Below, piece by piece: positions 54,200-64,000 of a stretch of DNA of 64,000 bases (position 1 is the first letter of the stretch; each line of letters opens with the position of its first letter). The position numbers and the translations under genes were made by a program. The stretch comes from Eledone cirrhosa (Eukaryota), in contig OZ024740.1 in the NCBI GenBank assembly GCA_964016885.1, forward strand, positions 374,914,001 to 374,978,000, written 5' to 3'. The notes beneath the pieces were generated by a model that was not told the origin of the DNA, made no database searches, and worked only from the letters and a program-made list of their open reading frames with translations.

Positions 54200-54860
54200 A
54201 GTGTTCTGAATGCCCTTCGTACTACGCAAGTTAGATGCGCTGAGATGCGTCCAGTGGGAACTAGAATGTGATCCATGTCCACATTTGCTGACGATGTTGC
54301 CGTCGTAGTGTCGAGCATCAAACATATTGAGGTGTTCAGCGCTGACAGATGAAGCGATGACAGGAGTATCGAATTGGGCGAGCCTCCGGCTCCGCACATT
54401 GATAAGTAGATCCATGCCGTCCAACTACGAGTAGAGTTGGTGAATGCTAATAATTGCTCTATCATCTGCTACCAATTGACTATCTTGACTTACCTAGGTC
54501 TGACGTAATATAGCGCCGTCATTTACGGGCTTTGTGGGAAAGATGGGTTCCACTCATTACGCACTGCATCTGTAGTCAAAATGCGCACCGTGGAGGACTG
54601 AGCATACGTTGGCTGATGCTGACCACATATGCGCACAGGCTAAGATATCTCAAGCATTTTCTATATACTGTAAAGTTTCTGTCGCAGTCGCCAGACACGT
54701 ATTTCCCAAGTTCGTCTAATTGCTACAGTGCTGAGACAAGCAAAGACCCTGAGGGTGCGCTCTAACCCTGCAAAAGTTGGGCATTGCCATCGTTGGAAAA
54801 TCCACTTCGATGTTCTACAAATGGTTAGTGGTGAGGAGGATTGACGACTTGCTTGGAGTT
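54200..54860 (+). pseudogene. Old Tx1-like ORF2 relic (RT domain to C-terminus)
   Basis: STFADDVAVVVSSIKHIE vs SAYADDVTVVVSNAKHIE; ICSQNAHRGGLSIRWLML vs ICCQHPLRGGLGMPWLMM. Confidence 0.7.
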
Positions 54861-54879
54861 TAACTCGAGAAATAAATTA

Positions 54880-56250
54880 TTTTCCATAAATGCGCGTGCA
54901 ATCCCTGTTGTCACCTACATTTTCAATATTTTAAATTGGAACGTTAACGAAATTTAAAGAAGGGGCACCAAAATAGGAAATATTTTACCTCTACTAGATT
55001 ACATCACCCAAATGCAGATGTGCACGCCTCTAACTACCTAGTCAAAATGGATTTAGAGGAATGATGCAGATAGCGGATAGAAGATTGGACTCAATCAGTA
55101 CCCTAAAATCACAAAGGTGGGGATGATGAAAACGGTCGCAAATCAAGAAGGGAGGAAGGGGTTACATTTTTCGCAGAGTAGGGAGAGTAGGAAATATACG
55201 GTAGAACTGGGAATATAGTTTGAAAGTAATAATGGCGATTCTGCAAATGAAGCTGCAATGAATATGAAAGTATTGACAAAATATGAAGACCAACAGAGAC
55301 TGTGCTCTAAATCGGAGCAAAATCCACCACATGGGCAGCATGTTGTCCATAGCAAAAAACCCAATGTAGAGCAAGGTAACACCTATCAGCGGCTGGGAAG
55401 TTCTGGGCTATAAGTGGAAGGTGAGGGTTTCATTTTCGCTAAAAGGATAAGTGTCTTTCAACACGCAACTCTCAAGCCAATATGATCAGAAATAGAACAG
55501 ACCAAAAGTGTCGATTCTATTATGAGCATGTAAAGATCATAGCACACCTGGTTTTAGACTTAAAGGTATCAACTATCAATGAATATAAAATGAGGCATGA
55601 TAGAGGGAGAGAATACTTACACTGGGTAATGTGCTTGTTTTTTTGTCTGAAAACGGAGGGAAAATGGTACAACCATCACCCAGATTCAGTAACAGGATGT
55701 GAGATCAGAACAATTCACTCAAACTTCCCCGTCAATACTGACAGAAACATCAAGGCTAACATACCCGATATAATTGTAAAAACCAATGAGGAGAAAACAT
55801 GTTTCTTAATTGGCATGCTTCATGAGCATTACACCAGATCGTAACATCTCCGCGAAAGACTTCAGATAGCTCAGTAAGTACAAATATATATTAAGTGAAA
55901 TTGAGAAAATGTGGCATCTTATGGCATATAAAAGGCCAATAATAGTCGCTGCATGTAGAATGTTAAAAAAAGGGTATTGAAAAGTATGTGGACCTGATAC
56001 CTTGAAAGCCATCATTGCAAGAGATACAGAACATTTTGCTGACTGGTATTGGCCACCTCCCGAGAAGTTCATTATCAAGTTAAAATCTTTGCAAGGACAG
56101 TTACTGTTTGTTGTACCCTTGTAGTATTATTTGTGTGACAATTGATTGTAAAATGTGTGTATTACAAATTTTGCCTTCGGTGTCAGGTTGACACTCGACA
56201 TGATTTGGCATAAAGCAGAACTCAAAGACAGTTTCATGTCATAATAATAA
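54880..56250 (+). mobile_element. Old R4/Dong-like relic, family 3, ending in (TAA)3
   Basis: LHHPNADV, EGFIFA, KCR, RHD..YLHWVMC..KWYNHHP, TDRNIKANIPDIIV; 3' stem-loop at 56177-56198 and TAATAATAA at 56242-56250. Confidence 0.75.
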
Positions 56251-56472
56251 TATATCAGAAAGAGGTGAAATGAATCCAATTATATATTACATTCATTCGG
56301 ATGGGATGTTTTTGCAGTCTCTGTTAATTTAGGATGCTAAGAACTGTCATCTCTAACATATACCACAAAATGAATCAATCTAACTTATCACACCGACACA
56401 AAATGCAAAAAGATATAAACTAAAGTAGGCAATGTTCGTGTATATACGGTGTTGTGTGCCCTTATATATATA

Positions 56473-56545
<73 letters not shown>

Positions 56546-57118
56546 CATATACAGTACAGGTCATTTAGTAAATGTGTACTTAATGGAGGTGTCACACATG
56601 TGAAAATTCGATGCTAATACACGCTGTATACATGGAGTATGAAACAAGGAAGTTTCACTTTAAAATAATTTTATTGTATATCGAATAGTACATATGTTTC
56701 GCAGATTCATATCTCGAGAGAGTTGATGTGATATATCTGACTACTCTTGACAAATGTGGTTTCAGTCAAAACATTTCCACCTCAAGGGCACACAACAACG
56801 TATATATATATATATGCCTACGGATTATCTGTTACAAACACAATTCTCAGGGCGAAACAGATTAAATCTCTAATCAGTCCGGGAGATTAATAGTGATAAA
56901 CGGTTAGTACTTTTCATTTGTTTTCCTGTATTTTCTGATCGCTTCAGGTTAAATCCTTCAAACCAACGTGGTCTCTCTACACTCGTAATTTTAAACCCAT
57001 AATTTACTGCGTTCATTACTATATATATTACACACACGCACACACACATACACACATATATATATATATATTTGTGACGAAACATAAGTCAATTGCATGA
57101 ACTCATAATCCTTTATCT

Positions 57119-57174
57119 ACTGCTATATATATTTCGATGATAGCCATTGAATGGATATGACCTCATCAGGCAGT
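57119..57174 (-). ncRNA. Minimal type I hammerhead ribozyme, solo, in a ~115 bp island between (TA)n tracts
   Basis: Minus strand: ACTGC-CTGATGA-[GGTCATATCCA-TTCAA-TGGCTATCATC]-GAAA-TATATATA-GCAGT. Confidence 0.85.
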
Positions 57175-57183
57175 TAGTCAGTT

Positions 57184-57218
<35 letters not shown>

Positions 57219-58914
57219 GGGGTGCGCGCGCGCGCGAGTGTGTGTGTGTTGGTGTGTGTGGGTGTGAGTGTGTGTGTGTATATATATTGATTGACGTAGC
57301 TACAAATAGAGAATCGGTAATGCTCCGGCCGTCACTTATTCACTGAATGACATATTAATGTCTGTACGTTAGAAATACAAACTTATATCTCAGAGTGCAA
57401 ACATACGTTAATAATTAAGATGAACGACTACCTGTGCGTGATGAAATGTTGGAATGTATACCTGTTGTATGTTATATGTGAGTGGGTAAAATATTATACA
57501 ACTGTATAAACGTGCGGATTTAGTAATGACATATTTTCAGCCACGTAGTTACAATTAGATACTAGTAGATCAACAATTTACTCCTGACTTGTCTAGTAAA
57601 TAAAGTGAATCAGAGTAACTTCACCATTTTTATATGATATTTCAATGATTGGACGGGTATTGACATCACTGAACAGAACACATTGTCGCTTATACACAAA
57701 TGCCAATCGATGAATAGAGATTTGTTGTATTGTATATACACACTTCTAAAGTGGTTTAAGTACTTTTTATTTTCACGTAGAATATGAGGCAATCAAAGTA
57801 AACCTAAAACAATGGGGCAAACCTCAAAGCGGAATAGGAAATATTTAAGAAATTACATATTTATCCGAAGCCATCAGAAAACTGAGGAATCTTAAATATG
57901 TTAATGAAATATTATAAAAATATCTAGATTGTTCAATCAAATATTACATATATAGATGTACTTAATTGTTTGTTAATCTTATACGCTTTATTATTTTTAG
58001 AATATACTTTAAATCAAATTGTATTTATATTCCTTTTTGTTGTTGTTGTTTAGAGAAGGATAAAGAAAATTGGTTTGCATATACAATGAAACACTAAAAC
58101 GTGAATGCATCAAATATGTGAATAAACCAAATGGTTCCACGCCATGATTGTATTAGAAGCACAATATATAGCATTGGCAAACTTTGTCTACATCGTATCG
58201 ACGAAAAAAGGATATAATACGTAATTCATGGGAATTGCCATACTTTCTTTTTTAGTTTACATATATATAAAAACATACACAGAGAAAGATGAGGAATGCG
58301 CAGACAGCTAAATAAATATAATAGACAATCTGTCTCAGCTATATTGTGTAGACCGAGTTATGAATTATATAATATAGTTTTGTCCACTTTGGTAGAAAAG
58401 GAACATGCTTTTCCTGGTGGCAGTTATAGCACATTGTCCGGTTTAGTGCTATTTCTTATCCCTAGGATGCTTTTAACGAAACAACTAGAGCCGGCAAAAA
58501 CTTGGGGAGTTATTAGTACTTCAAAATGCATCAGCAACGTTTATACTTACTTAGATAACAAAAACTTAAACTAAATCTACTAGAAAATTTCTGTTTGCAT
58601 TCTCAGTGGTTCATCATTGACAGCTGAGAGCAAGTATTCACTGAGGTATTTTCTTCAGCTCAACGAAAATATGTAGCAGAAAGATACATATGTGGTACAC
58701 AATTAGTCGTGATGAATATCAGGATGGAAATTAAAAATGATAGGAAATTAGCTACTCTTACACATTGGACTGATTTTATTTTGCAACATTTTTTTTTGTT
58801 TGTGTCCGTGTGTGTGTGTATGCGTGTCTGGAATGAAGAGATATTCTAGGTTTACTTTTAATTAACAGTGTACTTTCGCAAATGTTAGCGTGTTGGGGCA
58901 CGTAATCTGCTGGG

Positions 58915-59230
58915 GTTGTGAAAGCGTATAGCCTAGTGGTTAGGTTGTTGCATTTCCCATCGCCAGGTTGTGAAATGGATTCCGAGACCGAGGGACGCAT
59001 GGTAACCTTGAGCAAGTTACTTAATTTCACGTTGCCCCGGCTAACAGAGCAGTATAATTTAGCTGCAATGTCACTTGTGCCAAGCTATATTGGCGCTTGT
59101 CTTTCCCTTGGACGACATCACTGGTGGAGAGAGATGAGTCTGCTATGCATAGGCCACACCTGGCCACCCACAAAACACTTTGCCTCTTCTTGTGCCTAGG
59201 GAGAGGATGTTTCAGATGCAAAATTCATGG
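58915..59230 (+). mobile_element. Degenerate tRNA-derived SINE, different family
   Basis: A-box-like TAGCCTAGTGG, weak B-box GGATTCC, and the common SINE body motif CCTTGAGCAAGTTACTTAA. Confidence 0.5.
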
Positions 59231-60662
59231 TTATTCATGAAGTTGGTATTGTCTATGTTGTTACAGTTTTTGGGAGACACATTAAAACTATACTCATCAC
59301 TCAATTAAAAATGATATAATCGCGAAGCATTAAGGGACAAATTCGTCCCGTGGATTTAATAGTGGATGGTATATTGAATAGGCAACAGAACTAAATATAC
59401 TTCAAGTTAGGGCTCCTAGACAAAGGTTTAAGGAAAATAATCCGTTCCTCAACGCTCACTCGCGAGGAACAAAAATATTTGCAGCCATCAGGGCAACATC
59501 GCTAACCCTGTTCCAGCCTACAACAATGTGTAGGGGTGTAACTAATTATCTGGTTTAGCACCCTTTATTATCCCTTTAGTATCGTGCAATTTCTTCACAG
59601 CAAACATCGCACAGATATATTACGTAACAGGTCTTCAAACTTCCTTTAAATGATTATGCATAATATAGATTTGATCTTCAATTATCTACATTGCATATGT
59701 AATTATTTATTTAAAACTAAGACAAAACATCATGCAGTAACACTGTGACCATAAATCTAAAGCTGTGAGATTGGATGTACTCGTGATACTTATAATATCT
59801 TTTCTATGTAATAGTGATACGGTTAGCGAAGATGAACATATTATATTATAAGAGTGGCTTGTAGAGAAGTAATTAATTGTACATCTTTATATCATTCCCC
59901 AGTTTGAATAGAGCAGTGTGATGCCTAGCACTGATTTAAAATGGAACAATTCCATAAAATCACGTAAAAATATAAACACATCGTTTTGGATGAATAGTTT
60001 TAATAATCGAAGTTCATCAGTGATTATTAGATGCAAAGAAAGAGCATCCAATATAAGAATAAACAATAAAATGTTAACAAGATTTATAGAGTCTAAGCCA
60101 AGAAAAGAGAGAACATGAGATAGTATTTTTGAGTTATATGATGATACACCTAACACCAGGATAAAAAGCAGAGGCACGAAACTAATGGATAGAGACCCCA
60201 CACGTGTTTAAAAATTCTATTCAGAGGGTCGATTGAATCTGTAATTGTTATTAGAAATGAAAATACACAAACTATTACAGTAATATATATATGGCTTTTA
60301 CAATTTTCTGATTTATATAGATATTAATGATATTCCTATTCAATTCATTTTAAGAGTATTTACAGGATTGTTTATTTACTTAATAACTTTTAAATTTGGT
60401 GTTCGATAGCTCCATAAATGTTTCGAAGTTCTAAAAGCTGGGGGATCCCTGATGAGATTACAAGAACTCAGAGTAGTAATGTGCAAGATGTTGCAAATGC
60501 AATATAAATATTGTAGCCATAACTCTTAACACAAAATATGTACCTCATTTAGTACCTATCTAAACACGTACGTATGCATTGTATCTCGTGTAATACATTG
60601 AATTTCTTGCTATATTTCACGTGCGGAACCTTGCAACAAATCAGGCTTCTGTGACCGTCCTC

Positions 60663-60706
<44 letters not shown>

Positions 60707-61280
60707 TAAAGCAATTAAAGGGAAGAGAAGTGCTCAATACCCTAGAAAAAATATGAATATACCTCCAGCTAACGAAAATGTTTATATACCTACATCAAGA
60801 TTTTTCTCATACATTTGCTTTGATTATCACATGAATTAATCGAAAAACCACCCGTAGGGTGGTTTTCTGCTGGTATGTGTAGTGTGTATATTGATATTAT
60901 ACGCAGGTATATATACATGTAGATATGATACATAAAATAAAATCGTAATTGAAAATATACACAGAAATTGAACGAAGACTACGTTACACTGTCTTATGTA
61001 ATCAGTAACGTAATCCATGATACATTAAAAAATGACGATATTATATATAAACTGAATTAGGAGAAAATTAGTATGTTTATTTAAGTGATCGCCACCGGAA
61101 GTGTTGACATCACACACTCTCACTTTCTATATATATGATAGTTGAAGTGATGGTGGTGGCGACGATATAGCGGAAGTAACTTTGAAAAGAAGTCAATTTT
61201 AAATTATTTTTTTTACGAAATTAATTTTTTTACGAAATTTAGTAGATAAATTATGTAATATTCATTCATTATTTATTCAA

Positions 61281-61455
61281 AGGGCGGTGGATTGGCAGTA
61301 TCGGTAGAGGGTCGGACGCCATGCTTTCCAGCATAGTTACGTCACTTTACGATCTGAGTTCAAATCCCGCCGAGGTTGACTTTGCCTTTCATCCTTACGG
61401 GGTCGATAAAATAAAGTACCAGTAATGCACTGAATATTTGCTGGCCTTGTGCCAA
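61281..61455 (+). mobile_element. tRNA-derived SINE with Deu/Nin-like core, most complete copy
   Basis: A-box TGGCAGTATCGG, B-box GAGTTCAAATCCC, core GCCTTTCATCCTTACGGGGTCGATAAA. Confidence 0.8.
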
Positions 61456-61789
61456 TTATTTATTCAAAGTAATCCAACTTATTTTACTAACGGGGTATAA
61501 AAAAAAACCGTACGCAGTCCCACAGACCTTCCTTTATTATAGTTTAGATAGATATTTTCGAACAAACTCAACGTATAAACTCCGTTGACTTAATTACTCA
61601 TTAATGTATTCATAGAATACCTAATGTTTGTAGAACTATTCTCGTATTTCTTTGTATTTCAGCTGCCATTTGGAAATATTCCATTAGGATATTGCGAATT
61701 ATAGTGAGGTTGCAATAATCGGAGCTTTTATTGATATACATATGCACACACGCATACACGGGCACGTACAAAACTATAAACACAAAAAC

Positions 61790-61806
61790 AGAAACACACA
61801 CACACT

Positions 61807-61855
<49 letters not shown>

Positions 61856-62161
61856 TTGTGTATGTGTGTTATTAACATATTAAAACAAGCTAAAATCTCT
61901 TTTGGGGAGATATAATCTAGATTGAATATATACATATATACATATATACGCATTCTTGTATAGAATATATATTTCGTGTGTATCGTGTATATATACCAAA
62001 TGCATATTCTATAGAAGAATGTGTATACATGTGTATGTATTTATATTTGTATATAGGTATATATATGTATATATATGTATATATATATATATGTTTATAT
62101 ATGTATGTACGTGTCTATATGTATGTGTGTGCATGTATGTATGTGTGTATGCATGTCTATG

Positions 62162-62194
<33 letters not shown>

Positions 62195-62341
62195 ATATAT
62201 ATATATATGTATATATATATGTATATATATATGTATATATATATATCTATATAGATATATATACAGATACCCCCCCCCACACACACATATTTATATATAT
62301 ATTTATATATATATATATATACATATATACACACACGCACA

Positions 62342-62400
<59 letters not shown>

Positions 62401-62410
62401 TGTATATATA
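61790..62410. repeat. Compound (CA)n/(TA)n/(TG)n microsatellite region
   Basis: Direct reading. Confidence 0.93.
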
Positions 62411-63036
62411 TTTCGTTTCTGAATTTGTTTAGCAAGATTCTTTATCTGAAAACGTGTGGTTGAAACCGATATTTGAATAATTTGGGAGGGTCATGTTGCC
62501 AATAGGAAACAAACACACCTCTAGTTTTCAGTCCAATTTATTATAAATTAAATTATAAATTAAAATTTTTTTAATAAATTTCCGCTTGGTTGGTTCCACA
62601 ACCGGACGATTGTTCATATATTGTCAAAGTTCTTTCGTCACACATTATTTGACCTCTTCAGTGACTGGTGATTATTTTCTTTGTTTTGTGCCTCTCCTTT
62701 GTTCTGTCCTACGTCATCTTGTTTTTGTGCGTGTTGTGTGCTTAATTTGCGCATGTTACATCCGGGTGTCTGTTTGTGTTTTTATGTGTTTATTTATTTG
62801 TTTATTTACATCTTACTGGTTAGTTGTTTGTTCTATATGTGTGTGTTTTCATTTTGTCCTTAATTGTAAGTTGTGATGTTGCTATTCCATTCATGTTTTC
62901 TATTTAATTTTGGTTGGAGTTCATTTATGTTCATTGCCTCTGTGATTTGTCTAAATATTGCGTCTTTTCTGTGTGTAGATTTTATTTTTATTTCTAAGTT
63001 CTCTAATTTGCCCTTATGTTCTATGTTAGCATGTTG

Positions 63037-63170
63037 GTGGAGTACTGATGATTAATTTCTATCTGAAAGCTCTCACCAGTGTTCATTTAATCGTTCGAAC
63101 GATTAAATTTGAACGAATAAATGAACGCTGGCGAGAGCTTCAAGATAGAAAAGAATAATCAGTACTCCAC
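63037..63170. mobile_element. Small foldback/MITE-like inverted repeat
   Basis: GTGGAGTACTGAT...GTTCATTTA vs TAAATGAAC...ATCAGTACTCCAC; inner palindrome TTTAATCGTTCGAACGATTAAA. Confidence 0.7.
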
Positions 63171-63399
63171 AAGATGGGTTCATATCCAATGGACACAGCG
63201 GCGTAATCATTAGTTGCTACACAGGTAAATGTGTTGATCTAGAAATGATCAACTAAAGGGAAATAGATCTAATGTATTTACATGACAGACTGAAGTCTAG
63301 GACAATTAATAATTAAGATGCAGCTTGGTTTTATGCCATGCAGAAACACAAGAAACGCCCGTTTTAATCAAGACTACTCCCAACCAATTCCATAGCTAT

Positions 63400-63635
63400 T
63401 CCTTATTAGACTTTGTTGATCTAAAGAATGCCTTTTACAGATTATCCGATCCGTCATCTGGTGCTCCTGAAGGAAATTGTTGTAGAGAATTGACATGAGA
63501 GAGCAGTAGAAGTGACGTACAGTAGGGCGGTTAAAAATGTGTGAGTAAGAAGTGTGTTTAGTGGAACTTCACAGAACAGGTTTAAGTGCATCAGTGTCGA
63601 TTTCCTAATCTACTTCTATTTATTATAGTCTCCCA
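63400..63635 (+). pseudogene. RTE-like reverse transcriptase relic
   Basis: FVDLKNAFYR..VIWCS*RKL resembles FVDLEKAFDR..VIWWALRKL; VHQ..LLLF downstream. Confidence 0.5.
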
Positions 63636-64000
63636 GGCCAAAACAGAGGAGTTTAAATATGGCTGCCCATATGTTTTTTTTCATGGTGCAAATAATCCCG
63701 GCACATTGCTGAATGTCTGGAAGAAGTAAACAATATATTGCGGGAGTGGAAATTCGACTTAGAATTAAAAAGGGACTAAGAGCAAACTTAGCCAAAATTA
63801 AAGTGTTAATAAGTAGGAATGAAGATAGGTGTCTGATCCAATAATGGATATGACCTTGTTTCACATGGTGAAAAGAATTAGACAAAATATCTATACATAG
63901 TATACAATGCAAATCGTGTGTGCCTATCATAATACCAAACTTGCTCTGGTTAACCGAGTTAAATGTTTATAAGGAATCTCACGAATCATCAACTTTGATG

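Noticed and set aside
60449-60490. CTGATGA followed by a GATTAC/GTAAT stem
   Set aside because: No GAAA box or stem I partner.

Overview
AT-rich eukaryotic (animal) DNA dominated by retroelements and microsatellites. No host protein-coding gene can be confidently called. The repeat content (Deu/Nin-core-like SINEs, very long (TA)n) suggests a mollusc such as a cephalopod, but this is inference only. Main contents: (1) five copies of one Tx1/L1-clade APE-RT non-LTR retrotransposon on the + strand, three near full-length (~6 kb, all disrupted), joined head-to-tail through (ATT)n tracts; (2) three 5'-truncated R4/Dong-like RT-RLE elements from two families, inserted in the opposite orientation into those same (ATT)n/(TAA)n tracts, plus an older relic of a third family; (3) a ~4.8 kb head-to-head palindrome of two RT-less Penelope-like (GIY-YIG) copies in (TA)n. 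It carries a minimal hammerhead ribozyme whose stem III/cleavage site is itself TATATATA, and one arm stops exactly there and runs into (TA)n. A related solo hammerhead sits in another (TA)n tract at 57.1 kb; (4) SINEs, foldback elements, older LINE/PLE relics and simple repeats. The most interesting signals are the ribozyme-generated RNA end that matches the (TA)n target, and the (ATT)n tract shared by two unrelated site-specific retrotransposon classes. All alignments and folds were done by eye; coordinates of relics are approximate.
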